Shown here in pieces: positions 36,459-49,490 of a DNA stretch of 64,000 bases. Each line of letters opens with the position of its first letter. Within the stretch, counting starts at the first letter, position 1. The notes under the pieces were generated by a model that saw only the letters and a list, made by a program, of their open reading frames with translations, had not been told where the DNA came from and did no database searches. Location of the stretch: NCBI GenBank assembly GCA_951406725.2, contig OX597824.1, positions 68,448,001 to 68,512,000 on the forward strand. Direction: 5' to 3'. The position numbers were made by a program, and so were the translations under genes. Source of the DNA: Octopus vulgaris. Lineage: Eukaryota.

Positions 36459-36927
36459 CAATAGGATCTCTATTTACGAATTTAATTCGTTCCTGAAGAC
36501 CGTTCGTCAGCCGAAATGTTCATAGACCGAAATTATTTTCCCCATAGTAAATTCAAGAGAAGCTAGGGCAAATTCGAGTAGGGCTGTGCACTGAGGGAAA
36601 GCTAGACAGCAACTGACGTTCTTCCGAAGGTACTCCCAGCTTGTTGCCAACCGTCAAGCGCAGTCCCAGGAATTTTTCGAAGGGTGGGCACAGGGTCAGT
36701 AAGGAATACAATTCCAAGAGAAAAGGGCGTAATTACATTATTTAGAAGGGCGCACTTATTTTCTTGCGGGAAGCACGTGCCCCTCAACCGCCTCTGAACC
36801 ATTGATACCGGGGTGCGTGTTCGTTATTCGAGATACCGTTCGTCGCCCGAGACGTTTTATGTTCGAAAAATTGTTCGTAAACCGATTTGTTCGTGATGAG
36901 AGGCGTTCGTAAACCGAGGTTCCACTG
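36459..36927. mobile_element. Tigger/pogo-like non-autonomous DNA transposon
   Basis: Right TIR reads CAGTGGAACCTCGGTTTACGAAC on the minus strand; degenerate left TIR; TA flanks. Confidence 0.65.
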
Positions 36928-37439
36928 TACTTCAAGTAACTGAGAAGATAAGATCCCATAAGGGTTTTTTCTTCTTTTTTTTTTAAGAAAGGGTGTTGCG
37001 GGTGTACATCCAGCAGTGTAGTTTAGATTCATCTAGAATGATCGGATAATCATGACAGGACTGCAGCTGGATCATAAGCCTGCTCCATCAGGAAGTGATC
37101 AAGGACTAAACAAAAAGCAGCAACAACGACGTATTTCACCATCACCACCACAAACAACAAAAAGAGCAAAACCACCACAACCATCACCACCACCACCACC
37201 ACCACCACTATCACCATCACCACCACTAAATGACCTTCACCTACTTCCAATCTCGGTTTTCACAAAGTAACCACACCTGTGCATACACACACCTACACAT
37301 TATCATTCACATCCAGCACTTCCACGTGTATATATCGTTAACAAATAGGTGAGTATATTTACTTACATATGTATCTATATCGATCTATATGAATATATAT
37401 ATATGTGTGTGTGTGTGTATGTATATATATATATATTTA

Positions 37440-37563
<124 letters not shown>

Positions 37564-37686
37564 TATAAAAAGCAATAAAGATTCAAGTTAATTTAAATGA
37601 ATTTACTTGAATATGGTACCTAACTTAGATGCACCAAAAAAAAACTATACTGATTTAACAATACAGTAATGTGGGGTGATTATAAG

Positions 37687-38945
37687 CGAGAATGAAGCAA
37701 CAAGAATGGATAGGTTTTTAGTACAATCGTTTCATACAAGGACAGGTTTTATTAAAAGTTGCAAAAATTACAGCATATAAACGTGTCCCGTACTCATCAG
37801 CTAAAATACATGTGAGTTCTCTAGACATCCTAGTGGTTGAGGCTATACTCATGAAGTAATGTAGATAATTAAGTAACATAAACAGATTTCAAAAGTTCAT
37901 TAAAGTTCTTTAAAGATGATGTACAGTCTTATCACAGAATTTTAAAAAAGTCTTAATAGCATCACAGAGAAGGTGACCTAATCCATAGTGCACATATGAA
38001 TTTCCAGAGATATGATGAGGGATTACATACTCACAGAAGACAAATTTATCCATTGTTAATTACAACGAGGTGGGTTTCAATTCCTGCTTATTAGCATTAC
38101 AGAGAGGGTGAATTAATCCTTTGTATAGATGCACAATTTCCAATGGTGTAGGTGTAAATTTCCAAGGAATTTCATATTCACAGGCGATAAATTTATCAAT
38201 GGTTGAACACAATGAGGTAGGTATCAATTCTTGCTATATGATTAGGTATTTGCCACATTAATCACATTACTGCTATTTACAAGAGGCTGTAGCTATTTAA
38301 CTTTAAAAGTTAAATAGCTACAGCCTCTTTTAAAAGTTAAATAGCTACAGCCTCTTGTAAATAGCAGTAATGTGATTAATGTGGCAAATACCTAATCATA
38401 TAGCAAGAATTGATACCTACCTCATTGTGTTCAACCATTGATAAATTTATCGCCTGTGAATATGAAATTCCTTGGAAATTTACACCTATACCATTGGAAA
38501 TTGTGCATCTATACAAAGGATTAATTCACCCTCTCTGTAATGCTAATAAGCAGGAATTGAAACCCACCTCGTTGTAATTAACAATGGATAAATTTGTCTT
38601 CTGTGAGTATGTAATCCCTCATCATATCTCTGGAAATTCATATGTGCACTATGGATTAGGTCACCTTCTCTGTGATGCTATTAAGACTTTTTTAAAATTC
38701 TGTGATAAGACTGTACATCATCTTTAAAGAACTTTAATGAACTTTTGAAATCTGTTTATGTTACTTAATTATCTACATTACTTCATGAGTATAGCCTCAA
38801 CTACTAGGATGTCTAGAGAACTCACATGTATTTTAGCTGATGAGTACGGGACACGTTTATATGCTGTAATTTTGCAACTTTAATAAAACCTGTCCTTGTA
38901 TGAAACGATTGTACTAAAAATATCCATTCTTGTTGCTTCATTCTC

Positions 38946-38946
<1 letters not shown>
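37687..38946. repeat. 1.26 kb inverted repeat (~615 bp arms) flanked by (TA)n; probable Penelope-like remnant
   Basis: Arms are near-perfect reverse complements; the centre holds a tandem duplication of TTAAAAGTTAAATAGCTACAGCCTCTT; each arm contains a hammerhead motif. Confidence 0.85.
38829..38922 (+). ncRNA. Type I hammerhead ribozyme motif (mirror copy at ~37710-37808, minus)
   Basis: Stem I TTTTAG/CTAAAA, CTGATGA, stem II GTACGGGACA/TGTCCTTGTAT, GAAAC-GATT-GTA. Confidence 0.75.
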
Positions 38947-39002
<56 letters not shown>

Positions 39003-39239
39003 TATATATATATTTATATATATATTTATATATATATTTATATATATATTTATATATATATTTATATGTGTGTGTGTGTGTGTGTATATATGCCCAATAT
39101 ATATATATATTGGGCATATGAGAGGTAGGCCCCGAAACGGCGCGCATTCTCTCCTGATGACCCCATACACTTATTGGCTTCCGATATGCGGAGTTTTTGA
39201 CTGGTAGCACTTGCATGTGCAAGTTGTTTGCAAGACATA

Positions 39240-40250
39240 TATATTGGGTTGAGGAATAATTCATGAGCGTTTTTTTTTTTTCAAATTCCAAAATGCACGC
39301 AGAAATAAAACACATTGGTAGTATATTTTATGTTATTCGAAAGAGATTTTTTTGCTTTGCGAGATAGTGTTTTGATTTTTAAAAATCTTATTGATTTTTG
39401 TGTATTTTCAGATCATTGAAATGGAATGTCAAGTCGACAAAACCGAACGTTTTCGACACCGTTTGCATTTTGCATTTAACGCCCTGCTCGCCATGGGCCC
39501 CATTTGGGGATGTGCTAAAAGCAGTCTCACTGCCGGTTGTTCGTTGTATTTAAAGTGAATTTCTTATGTACATTGCATTTTCAGAGGTGTGTTTAACAAT
39601 TTTCTGAGTTCAAATTTCGCCGAGTTCGAATTTGCTTTTCATTCTTTCGGGATCGATAAATTAAGTACTAGTTGCATACTGGGGTCGATCTAATCGACTT
39701 CACCCCCCACCCCAAAAAAAGATTTCGGGCCTTGTGCCTAGAATAGAAAAGAAGTATGTTTAACAGTATTTAGTAGTTAAAGTTTGTCATTATTTTCTCT
39801 AGCTAATTCTGGAGGACATTTTACATCATAAATCGCAATTTTTGAACTACAAAAATATTGACTGTTTTGAAAACGATTTTTTTTAATTTTCCATCTATAG
39901 CATTCATTTATATTTCATACAGATTCGAATTTGGTGCTATAGTTTCAAAAAAAATGTTTATTATTGCAATTGAATTGAAAAGGATAAAAATGCATTTTTT
40001 TCAGCGATCTTCATTTGCGACTTTTCGAAAAATTTATCATCATTTCCCATATAATTTACATATGAAGAAAATTTTAATTCTATATATTATTTTAACTCCT
40101 GAGACACCTGGTAAAGCCAAAAAATATGAATAGAAAATTCGTGCGATTTGTGCTGTGTATGGAGAAGGAGCAATGCCTCAATGAACCGTCTGTTGTTGGT
40201 TTTCGCGCTTCAGAAATGTCAATTTTGACCTCAAGGACGGACCACACACC
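39240..40250 (+). mobile_element. Mariner 5' relic interrupted by other repeats
   Basis: TIR-like TATATTGGGTTGAGGAATAATTCATGAGCG; MECQVDKTERFRHRLHFAFN at 39421; AICAVYGEGAM..WFSRFRNVNFDLKD at ~40140. Confidence 0.75.
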
Positions 40251-40889
40251 GAGTGTGCATGGTGTATTCACCGGTTCTTGTGAGGTGACAAGGTAACTCG
40301 CAAAATAAGAGAGAGAAACTGAGGAGAGGTGGCTTTACACAGGTGTTGAGGGGCTAAAATGTGGTAGAAGGATAGAAACGGGTGTCTTGCTGCGGAGGAA
40401 ATATGTCTCACAGCATCGGCTACCCTGCAATATATAAGGGTGGGTAGGAGTAGCTGGAAAGTGTATGTGTGTGTGTGTGTGTGTGAGAAAGAGAGAGAGA
40501 GAGCTGGTGGTGGTAACGTGTCAGAGCGTACCCCAGGGGTAGAAGAGATAATAAGGACAAGGGATCGGAAAGGGTGCATGGGTTAGTTTACTAGGGTGTC
40601 GGAGAAGAGTGATAAATGGCTAGTGAACGGTGAACACGGGTAGAAGCGTGGTTGATGGTAAATATGAGTTGGCGGGGCGGGGAAGTGAGGTGAAAAGAGA
40701 ATGCCTCAGGATGGGAGGAAGTGACATGTGACAATGCATACCAGGTGGATAGCAATGGTATAAAACTGTGAGTTGATGACACACAGGGAGATTATGCGAG
40801 GGGTGCGTGGATAAAGGAGATGAGTGGAGGAAAGAGAGAGATGTACAACGACAGAGATTGAGGTTAGAGATATGTAGGGTTGGATATGT

Positions 40890-41280
40890 TACGGCCTTAA
40901 GAACTATGACGAATAGCAGAAGACTGATAACAGAGCCCTGATGAACTACCTGCATATTCATTTCCTTACTGTTTCCGTTCTTAACTTTCATCGAATACCA
41001 GTACATGGCTTGAATACCTCTGAAAAGTCATTCGTATATATATGTTGCTTCCGCAGCGACCACCAAATCACTGAGCAAGGAACCCAATGGAAGGCTTTCT
41101 TCGTGTCAACGAATGCCAAGTTCAGCGGTTTACTTTTGGCTAATTATTTCTCCTGAAGTTGCCTTACTAGAAAGTTGTATTTCTCCCTGGCACGAAACCA
41201 AACTGCATTTTATCTAGCTTAACTCACTTCCTAATTAATTGAGAGCTATGACATCTTTCTGTACCTTCCATGACCTGGCT
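40890..41280 (-). mobile_element. Decayed LINE RT fragment (RTE-like)
   Basis: DKMQFGFVPGR and VHQGSVISLLLFVIV remnants. Confidence 0.65.
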
Positions 41281-41306
41281 ACCAATTTTATATATATGTA
41301 TATATT

Positions 41307-41691
41307 GGAAGCACTCCATCGGTTACGACGACGAGGGTTCCGGTTGATCCGAATCAACGGAACAGCCTGCTCGTAAAATTAACGTCTAAGTGGCTGAGCA
41401 CTCCACAGACACGTGTACCCTTAACGTAGTTCTCGGGGATATTCAGCGTGACACAGAGAGTGACAAGGCCGGCCCTTTGAAATACAGGTACAACAGAAAC
41501 AGGAAGTAAGAGTGACAGAAAGTTGTGGTGAAAGAGTACAGCAGGGATCACCACCATCCCCTGCCGGAGCCTCGTGGAGCTTTTAGGTGTTTTCGCTCAA
41601 TAAACACTCACAACGCCCTGTCTGGGAATCGAAACAGCGATCCTACGACCGCAAGTCCGCTGCCCTAACCACTGGGCCATTGCGGCTCCAC
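41307..41691 (-). mobile_element. tRNA-derived SINE family C (OR-like), full length
   Basis: Head GCAATGGCCCAGTGGTTAGGGCAGCGGAC..TTTCGATTCCC; partial copies at 7730-7855 and 8968-9201. Confidence 0.8.
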
Positions 41692-41849
<158 letters not shown>

Positions 41850-42041
41850 AAATAGAAAGATGAATAATCTTGTAGTAGATTAATCAAAAGTTTAACCGAT
41901 ACCTTGGTACCAAAAATCACAGCAGTAAACAGCACGGTTGGAGGTACAACCATATGGTGCGGATAATTGAAATTAAAATATTATTGGTGAATTGAAGAAA
42001 TGGAGCTGAACGCAGATTGAACAGAAATCGTTTTATTTCAT

Positions 42042-42122
42042 TCTACACGTGTTTCGAAAGGCACAATTTACCAAAATCCGATTGAATAATGGGACCATAT
42101 TGTGTCTTTCTCTTCAGGAAGA
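42042..42122 (-). ncRNA. Type I hammerhead ribozyme motif
   Basis: TTC-CTGAAGA-GAAAGACACAAT..ATTGTGCCTTTC-GAAAC-ACGT-GTA-GAA; palindromic stem III ACACGTGT. Confidence 0.78.
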
Positions 42123-42198
42123 AAATAGGAAATCCGTTGGAAAAAACAAAAACAGAACAGAGGCGGAGCAAAAACAAATCGAACTAGGCTCCTAAGAG

Positions 42199-42263
<65 letters not shown>

Positions 42264-42378
42264 AAAAAACAAGTCAAAAATAGAAAATGCTAAAATAATT
42301 TTATAGTGAACATTTCAGTACCGGTTTCGGTCATTTTGAGACCTTTTCAACTGTAACGATTTAATTATTTAATCGTTA

Positions 42379-42416
42379 CAGTTGAAAAGGTCTCAAAATG
42401 ACCGAAACCGGTACTG
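42379..42416 (+). ncRNA. Minimal type I hammerhead with U3-A8 core, inside a ~100-bp-arm palindrome (42262-42470)
   Basis: CAG-TTGAAAA-GGTC(TCAAAAT)GACC-GAAAC-CG-GTA-CTG; mirror copy on the minus strand at ~42315-42353. Confidence 0.72.
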
Positions 42417-42509
42417 AAATGTTCACTATAAAATTATTTTAGCATTTTCTATTTTTGACTTGTTTTTTCATATATATAAACTCGTGTGTTCCTTTTCACC
42501 CTTATACAT

Positions 42510-42578
<69 letters not shown>

Positions 42579-42787
42579 TTAGTAAGAGATTATCAAACCA
42601 GGCAAAATACTTCGCAAGCTCTCTATTAGTGCAAATACACCAGGCTAACAAAATGTTCTCAGATTGGTATAGAACTCCAGGTAATCCTAAAGTAAAGTCC
42701 GAAGTCGAAAGCCATCATCAATCGATTTTCTAAATCCATGGTTGCATTCCTCAATTAAATTGGTCTCTCTCTTTTGTATGTATGCAT

Positions 42788-42840
<53 letters not shown>

Positions 42841-45335
42841 GTTCTTTACTACTTAAAGTTTCTTAGCTCGTAAGACGGACCCACCTCATTAGGTGTCAAG
42901 AGAAGAGTAATGTGTGTGTGTGTGTATGTGTGTATGTGTGTGTGCGTATGTGGTAGAACAAATACATGTCCATAGATATGGACACTTACACGCGCATACA
43001 CACATACACACACATGTGCACACACATACACACATACACGCACGCGCGTACGTATTTGCACAGCCCCACACATACATTTTACTGCATTGTGCACGGCAGC
43101 TGAGAACGTTTGAAGCAATCAGCTGGGGACATTGTGACGTGTGTGTGTGTATGATGAGGAGGGATCGATAGATCAATAGAGATATAGAAATGAAGAAAGA
43201 AAGGAGAAATGCTATATAACAGAGAAGGCAACAGCAAGTTTTAAATAATGCATTTACTCCATTAGCCGGCTATAAGACAACACGTTGTGAGATAATAACA
43301 GAAAGATAGTGTCGAAGTGTAGGCGGTGATTGGAGGAAAAAGGGGTGAGGGTTGCGGGGAGAGAGAGAACGAGAGTGGATGATGTAACAGTTAAGACACG
43401 GCTGTGTATAGAGTTGCCAATTGAAAGGTAACAGGCGCTCAGACGTACAAAATCTCCACCTTCATTCTCCCGCTTTTTCTCTCAGCTTCCGTCCCTCTTT
43501 CCCTCTCACCCTCCGTTACTCGCTCCTCCCCACCTCTCTCTGTCTCTGTCTCTCTCTCATCCTCCGTCCGTCCTTTCCTCTCACTTTTTCTCTCGCCCAC
43601 CGTTACTCCCACTCTCTTTCTCTCTCTCTTCCCTCCTTCCTCTTTCTCTCTCGCCATCCATCCATCCCGTTCTCCCACTTTCCCTCTCACCCTCTCTCTC
43701 TCCTCCTTTATTTCTCTCTCCCCCTCCGTCCGTCTATTTCTCTCTCTTTTCCTCTCCCCATCCGTCCGCCCCTCTTTCCACCTCACCCTCCGTTATCCCT
43801 CCTCCCTCTTTCGCCTTCTCTTTCACTCTCTCTCTCTGTCACTCTTACGCGGGGGTTTATATCGAAAATAATGCAAAAATTGTCATAACTTTTTTATTAT
43901 TTACTTGTATTAGTCGTCCATGTTGCTCATGTTGGTAGAGTAATTCTTCCTTTACTCAAAGGTTTCTACTCAACATAGTCTCTATTGCAAATGTATTTTC
44001 ACTGCACTCAATTCTTAATATATTTTTGGAAATATTGTGGAATTCACAGTTGTACCCACTTCTTCACAGCCACGTCACATCGTCCGTGTCATCAAATTTT
44101 TGTCGCAGAAGTTTGACCTTCATTAGCCAAAAGGTGGAAGTTGTAGGGTACCACACCCATGATGTATGGTAAATAGTGAACCACTGACCAGTCCGGCTTG
44201 ACGATTGCTTGATTTGTTGTCAAAGATGTGTGTAGTCACACACGGTCATGGTTGAATGTAGTCTAATTTCAGAGCCACTGATTTTTCTAAGTTATTTTGA
44301 GCTTAAATTACTCTTCAAAATGTACTGCTCACTTACTGCTTAAAGTACAGCTATGTTCCAAAAAAAAAAAAAAAAAAATCAAAAAGAATTATGCTCCTGT
44401 TATACCCCTCCCCACAAAAAATAGTCACTAAGAGTTTCTGTGTATATCACTGACTCTTGAACTTGTAGCAGTGATTTGAAACCGAATTGCTGGATACTTG
44501 GTCCAACATCACAAGTGAGCCACCATTGTTTCACAAGATCGATCTATAAACCAACAAATTAACGTGAGGCAAATAGCATGGCAGAGTTTTCTCGAATATT
44601 CTAGAATTTGGCTCCTGGGCCCCTATAAAAACCATTTGGCGCGCAGTTTAGAGAACAGACGACTGAGGTCAGATGAGCAAGGACCTTCGTCGCCATGAAG
44701 ATAGCGCAGCTGATTTCAGATAAGTTGGGCCGACCGCATGTTGCCATACTGATAACTTTCTGTAATCTCAGAGTAGTATCTCTCTCCCAGTCTGTAATTA
44801 TTGTTGTTGTTAACTGTAAATGGCCAACGCAGTTTTTATGTACGACAATAAATACATTAGTAAAACGTTTTTGGGTGCTGTTTAAGTTGTTTTTCAAGTA
44901 GCCAAGAAACATATTATTCACCTATTTAACCATGACACAGCAAACACCCAGCATCTTCTTTGGTGTTGGAGAAGAGATATGACACTATTCTATGGACTGT
45001 CTTCATTTCCAGAGTTACGCCTGTGTTCCATCCCCAGTCATCAGATTGGAAAACGAACATTGGTTTTAAAAGATTCCAGCAAATCACAGTTGGCTTTTAC
45101 TCCTCTCCTTCAAAATGAGAATCAACTACTGAGGTACACACTTTCTGTTACTCAAATTCTTCCATCATTTTCTCAAATGCACTGTGAATGCAGTCCAGTT
45201 GTATAGGAAGCTCATGGACTGTGACTTGATTTTATTAGTGATTCACTTTGTTGTTTCGTATCAGAGGCTGCAGATTATAATCTCCCACTGCGTGGTTTGT
45301 CTTTAGAGTTTGTTTTTCATTCTTTAAACGTCTTC

Positions 45336-45568
45336 TTATTTCTTTATTACCAACAAGGGGCTAAACATAGAGGGGACAAACAATGACAGAGAAAAGGATT
45401 AAGTCGATTAGATCGACCCCAGTGCGTAACTGGAACTTAATTTATCGACCCCGAAAGGATGAAAGGCAAAGTCGACCTCGGTGGAATTTGAACTCAGAAC
45501 ATAACGGCAGACGAAATACCGCTAAGCATTTCGCCCAGTGCGCTAACGCTTCTGCCAGCTCGCCACCT
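45336..45568 (-). mobile_element. SINE family A inserted into a mariner relic
   Basis: Full monomer with 13-bp TSD TTTAAACGTCTTC. Confidence 0.85.
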
Positions 45569-45994
45569 TTTAAACGTCTTCATCCATCTGTGCACATCGC
45601 TTTTGTCAATGTGTCATCTCCTTAAACAACCTCGTATAGATGTGGGACAGCCTGCTTCCCTCCCTCCTTCGTCAAGAACTTATAGGAGCATGTGATATTG
45701 GCACTTGTTGAGTGCCTCACATTTCCTTACATAGTTGTAGAAAGGAAAAATAGCAGGAACACGAATCTCCAAACAAATAACAATAATAATTCATTTGGCC
45801 AAAATAAGCATTTCATCTCTGGACATCGGTAGCCTGGGGTTGGAAACAGCAGAGTCGGTTTAAATCACAATTGTTGAAGGCATTCTTCACAGCTCGCCAA
45901 GTCGTATTTCGCCTTTAATGGAGCTTGTCTGGTTCTCTCGGCAGCAGGAACCAAAAAGAAAGAATAGAGGTAAAAGCAAGCTGCTGCTGATTAC

Positions 45995-46077
45995 TGCGCA
46001 TGCGCATAAGGGACTTCCGGCAGGCCTTCCGGAAGACTAATACTTTCACATGCATAGATGAAAATCCCAAAATGGCG
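45995..46077. promoter_or_regulatory. Candidate housekeeping promoter: NRF1 palindrome, two ETS sites, YY1-like site
   Basis: TGCGCATGCGCA (45995-46006), ACTTCCGG (46013-46020), CTTCCGGAAG (46026-46035) and CAAAATGGCG (46068-46077) within 83 bp. Confidence 0.55.
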
Positions 46078-46883
46078 TCTGGAACCTGGCATCACTACAA
46101 ACTCAATAACAGCTCATTGCTTCTGCTTAGATCTAATTATTTACCTGCACGGAAGTGTTTATTTATACTAACCTGTACAGTTTGAATGCCCAATGTTATT
46201 TGATGAAAAAATATTATAGCCTGCTTTTGCATTACTTTCGATATAACCCATGTATGTATGTATGTATGTATGTGAGTTGTTTTGTTTGCATGTGTGTTGT
46301 ATGTATGTATGTATGGATGGATGGATGGATGCATGCATGCATGCATGTGCGAGAGTTGTTTTGTTTGCGTGTGTGAGTGTGTGTGTTGTATATTAAGTAA
46401 AATATTGAAATGTCATACATGTGGATAAATCTTAAATCATTTAATATCACTGCATATTATAAACATAGATTAAGCCTTGAGTTCTCTCAGAAGAACAGAA
46501 CACAGAATAGCTCAGCTAGTTTCACCTGGTCTTTGCCGGCTCATCACAATGTCTGCTCCATCCTGCTCATGGTACACATTATTCTATTTTTCATATGTGC
46601 CTTACAGCTAATGACGAAGAGTGATATGACTAATGAGCGTCGACTTCGCCTATTTGCATTTTGTTATATTCACTAACAGTATGGTGATGACCTAAATTAC
46701 GGTAACAGCATGAGCATGAATAAGTTTTATGGTTAATAAATACACTAACAGACATAATTACAATGTGTTTATACATGCATATCTAGGTGTGTGTATGTGT
46801 TGGTGTATGTACACACACACACTATCTATCTACATATATATGTATATATGTGTGTGTATGTACATATATAGAAATATATATGC

Positions 46884-46929
<46 letters not shown>

Positions 46930-47111
46930 AGAGTTCACGAAAAAACAAAAGACAAAGACAGGTGGTGTAGAAAGCAAACAGATGTATAAGTATAACACTC
47001 GGGAATTGAAAAAGTTTTTAATGTTTCGAGCCTATGCTCTTCCACAGAAAGGAACACAGAAAGAAACAGGGAGAGAAAAAATGTGTGTAGTGGCTAGCGA
47101 TCTATGATGAC

Positions 47112-47147
<36 letters not shown>

Positions 47148-47151
<4 letters not shown>

Positions 47152-47748
47152 CACTTGTGAAGACCTGTTGAGGCAAGTGAAAATCAAGCCAAATCAAAAT
47201 AGAATGGAATTTGTATCTTTGTGGTACCAGTGCCGGTGGCACATAAGAAAACCATGCGAACGTGGCCGTAGCCAGTACCGCATCGACTGGCCGCCGTGCT
47301 GTGGGCACGTAACAAACACCATCCGATCGTGACCGTTCGCCAGCCTCGTCTGGCACCTGTGTCGGTGGCACATAAAAAACACCATCCGAGCGTGGCCGTC
47401 TGCCAGCCTCGTCTGGCACCTGTGTCGGTGGCACATAAAAAACACCATCCGAGTGTGGCCGTTCGCCAGCCTTGTCTGGCACCTGTGTCGGTGGCACATA
47501 AAAAACACCATCCGAGCGTGACCATTCGCCAGCCTCATCTGGCACCTGTGTCGGTGGCACATAAAATCACCCACTACACTCTCGGAGTGGTTGGCGTTAG
47601 GAAGGGCATCCAGCTGTAGAAACACTGCCAGATCTGACTGGCCTGGTGCAGCCTTCGGGCTCCCCAGACCCCAGTTGAACCGTCCAACCCATGCTAGCAT
47701 GGAAAGCGGACGTTAAACGATGATGATGATGATGATGATGATGATGAT
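47148..47748 (+). mobile_element. Non-autonomous retroelement with internal 63-bp tandem repeats and RTE-like (GAT)n tail
   Basis: Four 63-bp units (47315-47567), motif GGCGTTAGGAAGGGCATCCAGCTGTAGAAA, end GCATGGAAAGCGGACGTTAAACGATGATG. Relatives at 13785-13990(-), 59968-60300(-) and 56846-56885. Confidence 0.7.
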
Positions 47749-47804
47749 ACATGCATACACACACACACACATCTAAATTTAGGGAATGGAATGGAGCAGG
47801 TAAA

Positions 47805-47895
47805 ATCCAGACTACATTTGTTTCCTAGCAAGCAGAACCTCGAAATTAGTAATTACTCAATGAGGGGTACTCTGCTAGTTAATCATCAGGCCATA
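47805..47895 (-). ncRNA. Hammerhead motif within inverted repeat 47775-48120
   Basis: GGC-CTGATGA-long stem II (AGCAGA/TCTGCT)-GAAAC-AAAT-GTA-GTC. Confidence 0.6.
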
Positions 47896-48224
47896 GATAT
47901 CTTAGTCAAATGAAGTTTATGTTGTCAAGGGATCCCATGTTAACTTACAGGAGATTTGATTGGTCAAATTTCCTGTGAGTTAACATGGGATCCCTTGATG
48001 AAAATGTAAGCTTCATATAATTAAGGTATCTTCAGCTTGATGATTAACTAGTAGAGTACCCCTCATTGAGTAATTACTACTCCGAGGTTCTGCTTGCTAG
48101 GAAACATTCCCTAAATTTAGATTTTTATTCACATACACTGCAATACCTGTTGCTCACTGCAAACTATAAAATGACATTTTTCTGCTTATTGAAGTTTGAT
48201 ATGGGAAAAATTCATGGATAGCTA

Positions 48225-48723
48225 TAGCTGTGTGGTAAGTAGCTTGCTTACCAACCACATGGTTACAGGTTCAGTCCCACTGCATGGCACCATGGGTAAG
48301 TGTCTTCTACTATAGCCTCGGGCCGACCAAAGTCTTGTGAGTAGATTTGGTAGACTGAACTGAAAGAAGCTTGTCATATATATATATATATATATTTGTG
48401 TGTGTGTGTGTTGTGTCTGTGTATTTGTGTATGTATCTGTGTTTGTCCCCCCAACATCGCTTGACAACTGATGTTGGTATGCTTATGTCGCTGCGACATA
48501 GCGGTTTGGCAAAAAGACCAATAGAATAAGTACTAGGCTTACAAATATAGTTCTATATTTAAGAGATGAGGAATTATGTACATTATTTACATTTGACAGA
48601 TATTTGTCCTCTTCTTGCTTGTTGTTAACACAACGTTTCAGCTGATATACCCTCCAGCCTTCATCAGGTGTCTTGGGGAAATTTCAAACCTGGGTTCTCA
48701 TTTCTAAGGTATTTTTTATGTTG

Positions 48724-48776
<53 letters not shown>

Positions 48777-49228
48777 CAGGTCACTGCCTGGAATCGAACT
48801 TGGAATCTTGGGGTTAGTAGCCAGTGCTCTTTACCACAATGCCATATGCCCATGGTATACAAAGAATAAGTCCAGCATGGCCACAGTCAAATGACTGTAA
48901 CAAGTAAAAGAAAGAACCTTCTATGTCAATAAACCACAACTGTTCCTGAAAGTTACTTTATATAGCTCCTATGGACTGCTTGATGCTTACTAACTTCCTA
49001 CACCTTGATCCTTGGGTCTGACCTTTACATATTACTATATATATGTGTGTGTGTGTATGTATATATAGGTGTAGAAGTGGCTGTGTGATAAGTAGCTTGC
49101 TTACGAACCACATGGTTCCAGGTTCTATCCCATTGCATGGCACCTTGGGCAAGTGTTTTCTACTATATCCTCATGCTGACCAAAGCCTTGTGAGTGGATT
49201 TGGTAGATGGAAACTGAAAAATGCCCGT

Positions 49229-49269
<41 letters not shown>

Positions 49270-49490
49270 GTATGTGTGTGTATATGTTTGTGCATCTGTG
49301 TTTGTCCCCACAACTTTGCTTGACAACTGATGCTGGTGTGTTTACATCTCCGTAACTTAGCGGTTAGGCCAAAGAGACTGATTAAATAAGTTCTAGGCTT
49401 ACAAAGAACAAGTCCTGGGGGTCGATTTGCTTGACTAAAGGCAGTGCTCCAGCATGGCCACAGTCAAATGACTGAAACAAGTAAAAGAGT
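48225..49490 (+). mobile_element. Two SINE family B copies; the first is interrupted by a hammerhead-bearing insertion (~48550-48855)
   Basis: Heads at ~48225 and ~49066; CpG sites mostly converted to TG/CA. Confidence 0.8.
48624..48670 (-). ncRNA. Minimal type I hammerhead ribozyme motif
   Basis: GACAC-CTGATGA-AGGCTG..CAGCT-GAAAC-GTT-GTGTT. Confidence 0.75.

Larger units (their letters stand above)
43846..46254 (-). mobile_element. Decayed mariner element with both TIRs and nested insertions
   Basis: Inverted ends sharing GGG(T)TTATATCGAAA.TAATGCAAAA at ~43851 and ~46250. Minus-strand remnants FLTKEG..VHRWMKTFK, DKPRSGR, LMTGD and an HDNA/YSPDL-like region. Confidence 0.65.

Noticed and set aside
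47315-47567. Regular repeat array and 152-aa repetitive ORF resembling CRISPR or a repeat protein
   Set aside because: Units are contiguous 63-bp repeats without unique spacers; eukaryotic context; part of a dispersed retroelement.
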